From the NCBI GenBank assembly GCA_965235115.1, contig OZ249436.1, positions 2,916,001 to 2,980,000 of the forward strand: a stretch of DNA of 64,000 nucleotides. Direction: 5' to 3'. This stretch comes from Laetmonice hystrix. Taxonomy: Eukaryota. Within the stretch, counting starts at the first letter, position 1, and each line of letters starts with the position of its first letter. The notes below the pieces were generated by a model. That model was not told the DNA's origin. It ran no database searches and worked only from the letters and a program-made list of their open reading frames with translations. A program made the translations under genes and the position numbers. Below, in pieces: positions 25,413 to 38,175 of the stretch.

Positions 25413-28400
25413 TCTGGAGTCCAGCACCAGTTCCCAGACCATTATTGGAGTCCAGCACCAGTTCCCAGACCATTATTGGAGTCCAGCACCAGTACCCAGA
25501 CCATTTTTGGAGTCCAGCACCAGTACCCAGACCATTATTGGAGTCCAGCACCAGTACCAGCCCATTATTGGAGTCCAGCACCAGTACCAGCCCATTATTG
25601 GAGTCCAGCACCAGTACCCAGACCAGTATTGGAGTCCAGCACCAGTACCCAGACCATTATTGGAGTCCAGCACCAGTACCAGCCCATTATTGGAGTCCAG
25701 CACCAGTACCCGGCCCAATATTGGAGTCCAGCACCAGTACCAGCCCATTATTGGAGTCCAGCACCAGTACCAGCCCATTATTGGAGTCCCGCACCAGTAC
25801 CCGGCCCAATATTGGAGTCCAGCACCAGTACCAACCCATTATTGGAGTCCAGCACCAGTACCAGCCCATTATTGGAGTCCAGCACCAGTACCCGGCCCAA
25901 TATTGGAGTCCAGCACCAGTACCAGCCCATTATTGGAGTCCAGCACCAGTACCAGCCCATTACTGGAGTCCAGCACCAGTACCCAGCCCATTGGAGTCCA
26001 GCACCAGTACCAGCCCATTATTGGAGTCTAGCACCAGTACCAGCCCATTATTGGAGTCCAGCACCAGTACCAGCCCATTATTGGAGTCCAGCACCAGTAC
26101 CAGCCCATTATTGGAGTCCAGCACCAGTACCAGCCCATTATTGGAGTCCAGCACCAGTACCAGCCCATTATTGGAGTCCAGCACCAGTACCCGGCCCATT
26201 ATTGGAGTCCAGCACCAGTACCAGCCCATTATTGGAGTCCAGCACCAGTACCAGCCCATTATTGGAGTCCAGCACCAGTACCCAGACCAGCCCAGTACAG
26301 AATGATCGAGATCCCCGTCTGGAGTCCAGCACCAGTACCAGCCCATTATTGGAGTCCAGCACCAGTACCCAGACCATTATTGGAGTCCAGCACCAGTACC
26401 CAGACCAGCCCAGTACAGAATGATCGAGATCCCCGTCTGGAGTCCAGCACCAGTACCAACCCATTATTGGAGTCCAGCACCAGTACCCAGACCATTATTG
26501 GAGTCCAGCACCAGTACCAGACCATTATTGGAGTCCAGCACCAGTACCAGCCCATTATTGGAGTCCAGCACCAGTACCAGCCCATTACTGGAGTCCAGCA
26601 CCAGTACCAGCCCATTATTGGAGTCCCGCACCAGTACCTAGCCCATTATTGTAGTCCAGCACCAGTACCCAGACCATTATTGGAGTCCAGCACCAGTACC
26701 CAGACCATTATTGGAGTCCAGCACCAGTACCCGGACCATTATTGGAGTCCAGCACCAGTACCAGCCCATTATTGGAGTTCAGCACCAGTACCAGCCCATT
26801 ATTGGAGTCCAGCACCAGTACCAGCCCATTATTGGAGTCCAGCACCAGTACCAGCCCATAATTGGAGTCCAGCACCAGTACCAGCCCATTATTGGAGTCC
26901 AGCACCAGTACACAGCCCATTATTGGAGTCCAGCACCAGTACCAGCCCATTATTGGAGTCCAGCACCAGTACCCAGCCCATTATTGGAGTCCAGCACCAG
27001 TACCAGCCCATTATTGGAGTCCAGCACCAGTACCAGCCCATTATTGGAGTCCAGCACCAGTACCAGCCCATTATTGGAGTCCAGCACCAGTACCCGGCCC
27101 ATTATTGGAGTCCAGCACCAGTACCAGCCCATTATTGGAGTCCAGCACCAGTACCCAGACCATTATTGGAGTCCAGCACCAGTACCCAGACCATTATTGG
27201 AGTCCAGCACCAGTACCAGCCCATTATTGGAGTCCAGCACCAGTACCCAGACCATTATTGGAGTCTAGCACCAGTACCCAGACCATTATTGGAGTCCAGC
27301 ACCAGTATCCAGACCATTATTGGAGTCCACACCAGTACCCAGACCATTATTGGAGTCCAGCACCAGTACCAGCCCATTATTGGAGTCCAGCACCAGTACC
27401 CAGACCATTATTGGAGTCCAGCACCAGTACCAGCCCATTATTGGAGTCCAGCACCAGTACCCGGCCCATTATTGGAGTCCAGCACCAGTACCAGCCCATT
27501 ATTGGAGTCCAGCACCAGTACCCAGACCATTATTGGAGTCCAGCACCAGTACCAGCCCATTATTGGAGTCCAGCACTAGTACCCAGACCATTATTGGAGT
27601 CCAGCACTAGTACCCAGACCATTATTGGAGTCCAGCACCAGTACCCAGACCATTATTGGAGTCCAGCACCAGTACCCAGACCATTATTGGAGTCCAGCAC
27701 CAGTACCAGCCCATTATTGGAGTCCAGCACCAGTACCAGCCCATTATTGGAGTCCACACCAGTACCCAGACCATTATTGGAGTCCAGCACCAGTACCAGC
27801 CCATTATTGGAGTCCAGCACTAGTACCCAGACCATTATTGGAGTCCAGCACTAGTACCCAGACCATTATTGGAGTCCAGCACCAGTACCCAGACCATTAT
27901 TGGAGTCCAGCACCAGTACCCAGACCATTATTGGAGTCCAGCACCAGTACCAGCCCATTATTGGAGTCCAGCACCAGTACCAGCCCATTATTGGAGTCCA
28001 GCACCAGTACCAGCCCATTATTGGAGTCCAGCACCAGTACCAGCCCATTATTGGAGTCCAGCACCAGTACCCAGACCATTATTGGAGTCCAGCACCAGTA
28101 CCCAGACCATTATTGGAGTCCAGCACCAGTACCAGCCCATTATTGGAGTCCAGCACCAGTACCCAGACCATTATTGGAGTCCAGCACCAGTACCAGCCCA
28201 TTATTGGAGTCCACACCAGTACCAGCCCATTATTGGAGTCTAGCACCAGTACCCAGACCATTATTGGAGTCCAGCACCAGTACCAGACCATTATTGGAGT
28301 CCACACCAGTACCAGCCCATTATTGGAGTCCAGCACCAGTACCCAGACCATTATTGGAGTCCAGCACCAGTACCAGCCCATTATTGGAGTCCACACCAGT

Positions 28401-28770
28401 ACCAGCCCATTATTGGAGTCTAGCACCAGTACCCAGACCATTATTGGAGTCCAGCACCAGTACCAGCCCATTACTGGAGTCCAGCACCAGTACCCAGCCC
28501 ATTGGAGTCCAGCACCAGTACCAGCCTATTATTGGAGTCTAGCACCAGTACCCAGACCATTATTGGAGTCCAGCACCAGTACCCAGACCATTATTGGAGT
28601 CCAGCACCAGTATCAGCCCATTATTGGAGTCCAGCACCAGTACCAGCCCAGCACAGATTGATCGAGATCCCCGTCTGGAGTCCAGCACCAGTACCCAGCC
28701 CAGCCCAGTACAGACTGATCGAGATCCCCGTCTGGAGTCCAGCACCAGTACCAGCCCATTATTACAGATT
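25413..28770. repeat. Large minisatellite, 30/31-bp units (about 3.3 kb)
   Basis: cccattattggagtccagcaccagtaccag repeated. Confidence 0.98.
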
Positions 28771-29351
28771 GATCGAGAACTGTGGCGGGTTTGATAACAC
28801 TGTCTACAAACGTTATTGTCACAATTTGATTAATGAGGATTCAGAGCGAGCAGTTCGTATCCCACAGATGGTAACCATCTGTACGGCACGGAGCTTCCCA
28901 TACTGACTCAACTCAACGGCACTGAAACATTCTAACATCGACATCTCAGACTAGGTTCTAGTAACTCATCTTGTACATCTTAAAGTACACTTTCTATCTC
29001 CATCCACGGCCGTCACAGATTCACTCTGCACTTTGTTACCGCGATCCTTCACGGATATCTTACTGAGTTTATTCCTTTAAAGATCCTTCACGGATATCAT
29101 ACTGAGTTTATTCCTTTAAAGATCCATCATGGATATCCTACTGAGTTTATTCCTTTAAATTTCGCTTCAGTTCATATGACAATGTAAAAGCTGAGATGAA
29201 ATATATAGTATTTAGTCGTTAATCCACCAAACCATGTTGTGTCATTCTCCTTTCCTTCTCGATATCCCTCAACACCATCCCTGCTCAACCAGTCAACCGT
29301 GCAGTAAAGCTAGCTAAGTCATACAAACTACACCAGGCTGACAGCTAAATA

Positions 29352-29500
29352 CAGCCAGTGGATCCAGTGGATCCAGTGGATCCAGTGGAGCCAGCCAGTG
29401 GAGCCAGTGGAGCCAGTGGAGCCAGCCAGTGGAGCCAGTGGAGCCAGCCAGTGGAGCCAGTGGAGCCAGTGGAGCCAGTGGAGCCAGTGGAGCCAGTGGC
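29352..29500. repeat. 9-bp repeat (gagccagtg)n
   Basis: Direct inspection; followed at about 29697-29800 by a (GGA/GCA)n low-complexity tract. Confidence 0.9.
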
Positions 29501-30167
29501 TAGGCCACCGATCCGAGGAGGCGTTCTCTATTACACTGAAATCAATTCTGGCATTTTCCAATGTGAAAGAAAGAAAGAGAGCCGCCTTGCTAGGCCGTTG
29601 TCTCCGAGCAAATCCTGTTCTTTTATTGCTGCAGGATCCAGATTGATCGAGTTTGTTTGCGAGGACGTGGGTTATTTTTAGCCTGGTCGCCGTCAGGGAG
29701 GAGGAGCTGGAGTAGCAGGAGGAGTAGGAGGAGGCGGGGAAGCAGGAGGAGGAGCAGGAGTAGGAGGAGGAGCAGGAGGAGGAGGAGGAGCAGCAGGAGG
29801 CGGGGAAACCTTGATATATACCAGTGTATCTGTAGTCCCGCCGTGAGCCATCGCTCACACACCGACCGTATACGGCCGATCCCGACGTCCGCCTCCGACC
29901 GATCGGTCTCTGAGTGGGCAACGTGTACTGAAGATTATCTCTGACTCAATATGAAGTTTAAAGTCATTAATATCACAAGGCGGGATACATGCAGACCTCG
30001 ACATAGACATCTCTGGGCAAAGCTCTCTCCAATAATGACTGATCGCCAGCATCAAAACCAAGACTGTACAAATAGCAATATTGTACAGACGTTTTGCGGA
30101 CTGGCAGGCAAGAAAAACGGATCAATCTGTATTCTGTATTACAAGCAGTTGTTCCACTTGTGATTTC

Positions 30168-30428
30168 GGAACATAACGCACTATGCTGGAACATAACGCG
30201 CTATGCTTGAACATAACAAACTATGCTGGAACACAACGCGCTATGCTGGAACATAATGCACTATGCTGGAACATAACGCGCTATGCTGGAACATAACAAA
30301 CTATGCTGGAACATAACGCACTATGCTGGAACATAACGCGCTATGCTGGAACATAACACATTATGCTGGAACATAACGCGCTATGCTGGAACATAACACA
30401 CTATGCTGGAACATAACCCGCTATGCTG
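30168..30428. repeat. Minisatellite, 20-bp unit
   Basis: ctatgctggaacataacgcg repeated. Confidence 0.97.
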
Positions 30429-31127
30429 TACTGTTGGCCAAAAAGATCTCATCAAAAACACACAAGTAGAAATGTCGGAGACACGACTACGAACTGATGC
30501 GAGTTTGAGTCATCAGTTCGTGATTTGCCATTGTCGTTAGGTTTCCACCTGTATCTGGTTAAGTGCTGACTCACCACCACCAGTTTCTAGAACCAGTCAT
30601 CAGGCATGTTGGTACTGTCTCAACCGCTCGCACGTACACCTCGAGTTAAAGGCCACCATTAGAAGGGTAGATTCATGGAGATTGGTTCCACCGATTGGAG
30701 AGTGGTTTTCTTGATTGGAGGATGTTTCCTTGATTGGAGGAAGTTGGTGTCCACTGATCGGAGATTGGTTGATTGGGGAGAATGGGTTCCTTGATTGGAA
30801 AAGATTGGGGTCCTTGATTGGGGAGATTGATTTCCTTGATTGTGGAGAATAGGTTCCTTGATCGGAAGATTGGATTGCTTGATTGGGAGGCTGATTTCCC
30901 TTGATTGGAAGCGATTGGGTTCCTTGATTAGACGTTGATTTCCCTTGATTGGAAGCGATTGGGGTCCTTGATTAGACGTTGATTTCCCTTGATTGGAAGC
31001 GATTGGGTTCCTTGATTGGGGGAGATTGTGTTCCTTGATTGGACCTGACGACTCGTGCTTGTCTCACATACACCCACCCCACTCGTCCTTCAATCTATAC
31101 GGGCACCGTACGGTCTACTGCCGTTAC

Positions 31128-33680
31128 CCTGATTAAACTGTACACCACACACATACATTATACTGTCAGTGCAGCACTTATAATGTGGCCTGATTAAAGT
31201 GTACACCACACACATACATTATAGTATAGACTGTCACTGCAGCACTTATAATGTAGCCTGATTAAAGTGTACACCACACACTTACATTATAATACATACT
31301 GTCACTGCAGCACTTATAATGTAGCCTCATTAAAGTGTACACCACACACATACATTATAATACATACTGTCACTGCAGCACTTATTAATGTAGCCTGATT
31401 AAACTCTACACCACACACATACATTATAATACATACTGTCACTGCAGCACTTATAATGTAGCCTGATTAAAGTGTACACCACACACATACATTATAATAC
31501 AGACTGTCACTGCAGCACTTATAATGTAGCCTGATTAAAGTGTACACCACACACATACATTATAATACATACTGTCACTGCAGCACTTATAATGTAGCCT
31601 CATTAAAGTGTACACCACACACATACATTATAATACATACTGTCACTGCAGCACTTATAATGTAGCCTGACTAAAGTGTACACCACACACATACATTATA
31701 ATACATACTGTCACTGCAGCACTTATAATGTAGCCTGATTAAAGTGTACACCACACACATACATTATAATACATACTGTCACTGCAGCACTTATAATGTA
31801 GCCTCATTAAAGTGTACACCACACACATACATTATAATACATACTGTCACTGCAGCACTTATAATGTAGCCTGACTAAAGTGTACACCACACACATACAT
31901 TATAATACATACTGTCACTGCAGCACTTATTAATGTAGCCTGATTAAAGTGTACCCCACACACGGTGGTCTAGTGGGCATGGATGTCGACACCTTATGCT
32001 ATGCGAATGGGTGCAGTAATCTTAGGGCCTGGGTTCGATTCCTGTAGAGCACTATACAACTTTTCTCTTTAGGGACATTGTCAAAGTAATTGGGTTACCC
32101 CTGATGCCCGTGCATTTCAAAAGAAAAATACATTATAATACATACTGTCACTGCAGCACTTATTAATGTAGCCTGATTAAAGTGTACACCACACACATAC
32201 ATTATAATACATACTGTCGCTGCAGCACTTATTAATGTAGCCTGATTAAAGTGTACACCACACACATACATTATAATACATACTGTCACTGCAGCACTTA
32301 TAATGTAGCCTGATTAAAGTGTACACCACACACATACATTATAATACATACTGTCACTGCAGCACTTATAATGTATCCTGATTAAAGTGTACACCACACA
32401 CATACATTATAATACATACTGTCACTGCAGCACTTATAATGTATCCTGATTAAAGTGTACACCACACACTTACATTATAATACATACTGTCACTGCAGCA
32501 CTTATAATGTAGCCTGATTAAAGTGTACACCACACACATACATTATAATACATACTGTCACTGCAGCACTTATAATGTATCCTGATTAAAGTGTACACCA
32601 CACACATACATTATAATACATACTGTCACTGCAGCACTTATAATGTAGCCTGATTAAAGTGTACACCACACACTTACATTATAATACATACTGTCACTGC
32701 AGCACTTATAATGTAGCCTGATTAAAGTGTACACCACACACATACATTATAATATAGACTGTCACTGCAGCACTTATAATGTATCCTGATTAAAGTGTAC
32801 ACCACACACTTACATTATAATACATACTGTCACTGCAGCACTTATAATGTAGCCTGATTAAAGTGTACACCACACACTTACATTATAATACATACTGTCA
32901 CTGCAGCACTTATAATGTAGCCTGATTAAAGTGTACACCACACACATACATTATAATACATACTGTCACTGCAGCACTTATAATGTAGCCTGATTAAAGT
33001 GTACACCACACACTTACATTATAATACATACTGTCACTGCAGCACTTATAATGTAGCCTGATTAAAGTGTACACCACACACATACATTATAATACATACC
33101 TTCACTGCAGCACTTATAATGTATCCTGATTAAAGTGTACACCACACACTTACATTATAATATACACTGTCACTGCAGCACTTATAATGTATCCTGATTA
33201 AAGTGTACACCACACACTTACATTATAATATATACTGTCACTGCAGCACTTATAATGTATCCTGATTAAAGTGTACACCACATACTTACATTAAAATATA
33301 CACTGTCACTGCAGCACTTATAATGTATCATGATTAAAGTGTACACCACACACTTACATTATAATATACACTGTCACTGCAGCACTTATAATGTATCCTG
33401 ATTAAAGTGTACACCACACACTTACATTAAAATATACACTGTCACTGCAGCACTTATAATGTAGCCTGATTAAAGTGTACACCACACACATACATTATAA
33501 TACATACTGTCACTGCAGCACTTATAATGTAGCCTGATTAAAGTGTACACCACACACATACATTATAATACATACTGTCACTGCAGCACTTATAATGTAT
33601 CCTGATTAAAGTGTACACCACACACTTACATTAAAATATACACTGTCACTGCAGCACTTATAATTTAGCCTGATTAAAGC
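31128..33680. repeat. Minisatellite, 68-bp unit (about 2.5 kb)
   Basis: ctgattaaagtgtacaccacacacatacattataatacatactgtcactgcagcacttataatgtagc repeated. Confidence 0.98.
31962..32128 (+). mobile_element. Short tRNA-headed SINE-like insert inside the 68-bp array
   Basis: TGGTCTAGTGG (A box), GGTTCGATTCC (B box), AAAAGAAAAA tail; array units resume on both sides. Confidence 0.65.
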
Positions 33681-34713
33681 GTATTATATAGACTTCAGCA
33701 ATTAGACCGGCAGCCCCTCATACTATTACAAAAGGCATTGTCTGTTAACACCTCAGACGCCGTGCTATTGTCTGTTCTTCTCCACAGACAACCAATCCAC
33801 ACCAATTAGACTTCAGCTCTGGGCACATCCTCCCCATCTCATACTCTCTCTCTAATCGCATCCCGAGTCGTGTATAGATGTGACACTCACATCAATTACA
33901 CAATACCAAGTACACAGACTACATCTGACAACACATAACGACGTTAATGCGCATGCTTCGATCCAAACTCGGCGGCTCACGAACGCAGCAACATCTTTGA
34001 ATATCGCTTCGACTCTTAAATTAACCACCCCGTGTAACTGAGCTCATCACTCATTGCCGGTCTAAAAATAGTACTTCAGAGATCGTTATTTGGATGCGGG
34101 CTTATTAGAAATCCGGTTTAAATATTGAAAAATCTCAGATACAAACTAAAGACGCTATCTTTTACATGCTTCCTGATTCCCTGGCCGGGAAAGGACGGAT
34201 TTTACCTCGGGTTGTTACGACCCGACGAGTTGATTCAAGCCCAGATATCCGTCGGGAACCGCTTCGTTTGATGACATAAATATCTGATCAATACTGTAAT
34301 ATGAAAATTAGTTATTTAGTTATAGTTATTTAGTTTCCTTGCAGGTATCACAATAATGTAGATGTTGATTTTGGTGTCAATGACGTCATTTTCCAAAAGT
34401 AATTTGGAAGTCCAGTTGTGACTGGAACCCCGACTTCTCTTTGAAACTTCTCCCAGCAGGCGGCGCTCCCAGCCGAACTGGGTGTATTCCCTGATGCTAA
34501 AGCATATGCTAAATTCAGAATTTCACATATCCCACTGATTTTTTCCTAATATCGCTTGTAGCAGTTGGAACTACATATGTACCACATCTGTTTGAAGCCT
34601 AGCGTCGGTTAGGAGTGGCCATCAACCACCAACAATACCTCAGTACCACTAACGCCATCTGTCGGCCCAGGTCTCCCATTATGTACGGTACTCATTCACT
34701 TAGTCCTTTAATT

Positions 34714-34887
34714 CAGGGTTTCCAGCCTTTTATGAAAATTTCCAATTTTTATAGGTAGCACAGCCGACTATAACGGTCTGGAGAGGTCTATTCTTCACAC
34801 TGTTTTCCCCCGATTCCCTGAGTTTTTCCTTACTGGAAAACTTCACTTTCAAGGGTTTCCCTGATTTTCACAAGGGCTGGAAACTGT
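34714..34887. mobile_element. CAGGG-ended MITE related to the 50097 copy
   Basis: cagggtttccagcc ... ggctggaaactg; shares actggaaaa and ttcaagg..ttccctgattt segments with the 50097 copy. Confidence 0.55.
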
Positions 34888-35385
34888 ACTCTTTTAGTTG
34901 TATAGGCCTACCTACCTACCACAAGGGCTGAAAACTGTATTCTTTTAGTTGTATAGGCCTACCTACCACAATGGCTGGAAACTGTACTCTTTTAGTTGTA
35001 TAGGCCTACCTACCTACCACAAGGGCTGGAAACTGTACTCTTTTAGTTGTATAGGCCTACCTACCACAATGGCTGGAAACTGTACTCTTTTAGTTGTATA
35101 GGCCTACCTACCTACCACAAGGGCTGGAAACTGTACTCTTTTAGTTGCATAGGCCTACCTACCACAACGGCTGGAAACTGTACCCTTTTAGTTGTATAGG
35201 CCTACCTACCTACCACAAGGGCTGGAACCTGTACTCTTTTAGTTGCATAGGCCTACCTACCTACCACAAGGGCTGGAAACTGTACTCTTTTAGTTGCATA
35301 GGCCTACCTACCACAACGGCTGGAAACTGTACCCTTTTAGTTGTATAGGCCTACCTACCTACCACAATGGCTGGAAACTGTACCT
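34870..35385. repeat. Minisatellite, about 55-60-bp unit
   Basis: ggctggaaactgtactcttttagttgtataggcctacctacc repeated. Confidence 0.95.
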
Positions 35386-35514
35386 TCATATTTTCACATG
35401 ATTTCCGTAAGGACTTGTTTTCATAAGGTGAAATGTAACGCCACTGTATCATACGTTCCGTCTACACAAAGGGTGGTGACATTGGGTGTCCTTAGACCTT
35501 TACAGGTCACAAGA

Positions 35515-35735
35515 AGCAGGATACTGATGCAGGTCACTGATGCAGGTCAATGACGCAGGATACTGATACAGGTCACTGGTACAGGTCACTGATGCAGGAC
35601 ACTGATGCAGGTCAATGACGCAGGATACCGATACAGGTCACTGATACAGGTCACTGATGCAGGACACTGATGCAGGTCAATGACGCAGGATACTGATACA
35701 GGTCACTGATGCAGGTCAATGACGCAGGATACTGA
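35515..35735. repeat. Degenerate 12-bp repeat (caggtcactgat-like)
   Basis: Direct inspection. Confidence 0.9.
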
Positions 35736-36345
35736 TATAGACCAGACCGACCAGTCGCCCTTGTTCAATCTTATCTGGCGCCGACACCTGACGCTTCTAA
35801 TGGTCAGCAGGAGTGACCGATGGTCAGTGTCCGGGCAGGGACCTGACCTGGCCTCTGTATGCAGGAACCGACCGCCGATTGGCTTCAATTGTCTGGGGTG
35901 TATCCTGTCTTTAGTCGGACTCTGTACTGGGTCTGGCGTCCATGGTCCACAGGTCACCCCCTCCCCCCCCACTCTCTCCCTTTCCCAAATACCATAAAAC
36001 GACATGTAGGGAACTCGAGTTGAGTCCAAATCAGAAGGGACGGAAGGCCGAACTGTACTGTAAAAAATAAATAAAAAGGCTTTTGATTCCGAGGGACATT
36101 ATGTCAAATGATTTCAACCAATTAGCGCATCATATTTACCTATATATTCTCAGGTATGGTACTAAATGTTAGTTTTTAAATTCTTTGTAGCATAAAGCTA
36201 TTGTCTATCTCATAAAGAAAGAAAAGTCGGAGTTTGAACTCTCTGTGAGTGTATTTGAGAAATCTAGCGTTTACAAATCTCTCTATAATGTCTATTACCT
36301 GATCCACATTTCCGTTCCACTGTAGTCTGCTCAAAGACATGATGT

Positions 36346-37288
36346 ATGTACCATTGAAACGTGCTGTTGTCATGTTACTGTTCCGACAGTCGTGATGGTC
36401 GGGTAACGAACAGGTTCCGTTACCAGGTCCCATGTACCATTGACACGTGCTGTTGTCATGGTACTGTTCCGACAGTCGTGAAGGTCGGGTAACGAACAGG
36501 TTCCGTTACCAGGTCCCATGTACCATTGACACGTGCTGTTGTCATGTTACTGTTCCGACAGTCGTGATGGTCGGGTAACGAACAGGTTCCGTTACCAGGT
36601 CCCATGTACCATTGACACGTGCTGTTGTCATGGTACAGTTCCGACAGTCGTGATGGTCGGGTAACGAACAGGTTCCGTTACCAGGTCCCATGTACCATTG
36701 ACACCTGCTGTTGTCATGTTACTGTTCCGACAGTCGTGATGGTCGAGTAACGAACAGGTTCCGTTACCAGGTCCCATGTACCATTGACACGTGCTGTTGT
36801 CATGGTACTGTTCCGACAGTCGTGATGGTCGGGTAACGAACAGGTTCCGTTACCAGGTCCCATGTACCATTGACACGTGCTGTTGTCATGGTACTGTTCC
36901 GACAGTCGTGATGGTCGAGTAACGAACAGGTTCCGTTACCAGGTCCCATGTACCATTGACACGTGCTGTTGTCATGGTACTGTTCCGACAGTCGTGATGG
37001 TCGAGTAACGAACAGGTTCCGTTACCAGGTCCCATGTACCATTGACACGTGCTGTTGTCATGGTACTGTTCCGACAGTCGTGATGGTCGGGTAACGAACA
37101 GGTTCCGTTACCAGGTTCCATGTACCATTGACACGTGCTGTTGTCATGGTACTGTTCCGACAGTCACGATGGTCGAGTAACGAACAGGTTCCGTTACCAG
37201 GTCCCATGTACCATTGACACGTGCTGTTGTCCTGGTACTGTTCCGACAGTCGTGATGGTCGGGTAACGAACAGGTTCCGTTACCAGGT
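36346..37288. repeat. Minisatellite, 86-bp unit
   Basis: catgtaccattgacacgtgctgttgtcatgg...gttccgttaccaggtcc repeated. Confidence 0.97.
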
Positions 37289-37297
37289 AATTAGCTG

Positions 37298-37709
37298 ACA
37301 TGCCATCTGGACTGCTATGTAATTAGACATGCCATCTGGGACTGCTATGTAATTAGACACGCCATCTGGACTGCTATGTAATTAGACATGCCATCTGGAC
37401 TGCTATGTAATTAGACATGCCATCTGGGACTGCTATGTAATTAGACATGCCATCTGGGACTGCTATGTAATTAGACACGCCATCTGGACTGATATGTAAT
37501 TAGACATGCCATCTGGGACTGCTATGTAATTAGACACGCCATCTGGACTGCTATGTAATTAGACACGCCATCTGGGACTGCTATGTAATTAGACATGCCA
37601 TCTGGACTGCTATGTAATTAGACATGCCATCTGGACTGCTATGTAATTAGACGCGCCATCTGGACTGCTATGTAATTAGACGCGCCATCTGGACTGCTAT
37701 GTAATTAGA
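37298..37709. repeat. Minisatellite, 29/30-bp unit abutting the 86-bp array
   Basis: aattagacatgccatctggactgctatgt repeated. Confidence 0.97.
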
Positions 37710-38026
37710 ACCTCCATCGACATCTCTGCTAGGAGGTCGGCGCAGACGCGGTGATGAGTCTCCGATCCGATCTCCCAGCGGACGGATCCACCAAGTTATC
37801 CTTGCGATTATATATGTAAATTATTTTAAAATAAAAAATCGCATAGACGCCGCAATGACAGTATACTCGTCGTTTCAGCGTTTTAGATCTACACGATTTC
37901 TCACCTCGAACTCCTAAACGTCACACGTTTACAAATCACAAATCCATCTTTTGTACATTTTTAGAAACTACTCGAAGGTAAGGAGATATTTTCAAGGATG
38001 CAGACTTGATTTTTTTTACTAGTATT

Positions 38027-38175
38027 CTGCCGTGAAATGACAAAAGGAAGCAAGTCCAAAAGTTCAAGTTTAAATCCCCCATTGATAGATAGGACTTACT
38101 TCCCTGAATCCAAATTTACACTTAAGTCGATTTTGATGAAAGTTGGACTTGCTTCCTTTTGTCAGTTCACGGCAG
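38027..38175. mobile_element. 149-bp MITE with 33-bp TIRs
   Basis: ctgccgtgaaatgacaaaaggaagcaagtccaa / ttggacttgcttccttttgtcagttcacggcag (one mismatch); TA on the right flank. Confidence 0.8.

Noticed and set aside
25269..28906. Long ORFs (up to 425 aa) with HYWSPAPVP / LLESSTST repeats
   Set aside because: They are open in several frames only because the 30/31-bp unit lacks stops; unit-length indels shift frame freely.
36346..37290. 86-bp array as a junction array of an unseen plus-strand gene (cag...ccag/gtaatt)
   Set aside because: The implied 37-nt exon has no recognisable protein match or neighbouring exons; would need RNA-seq.
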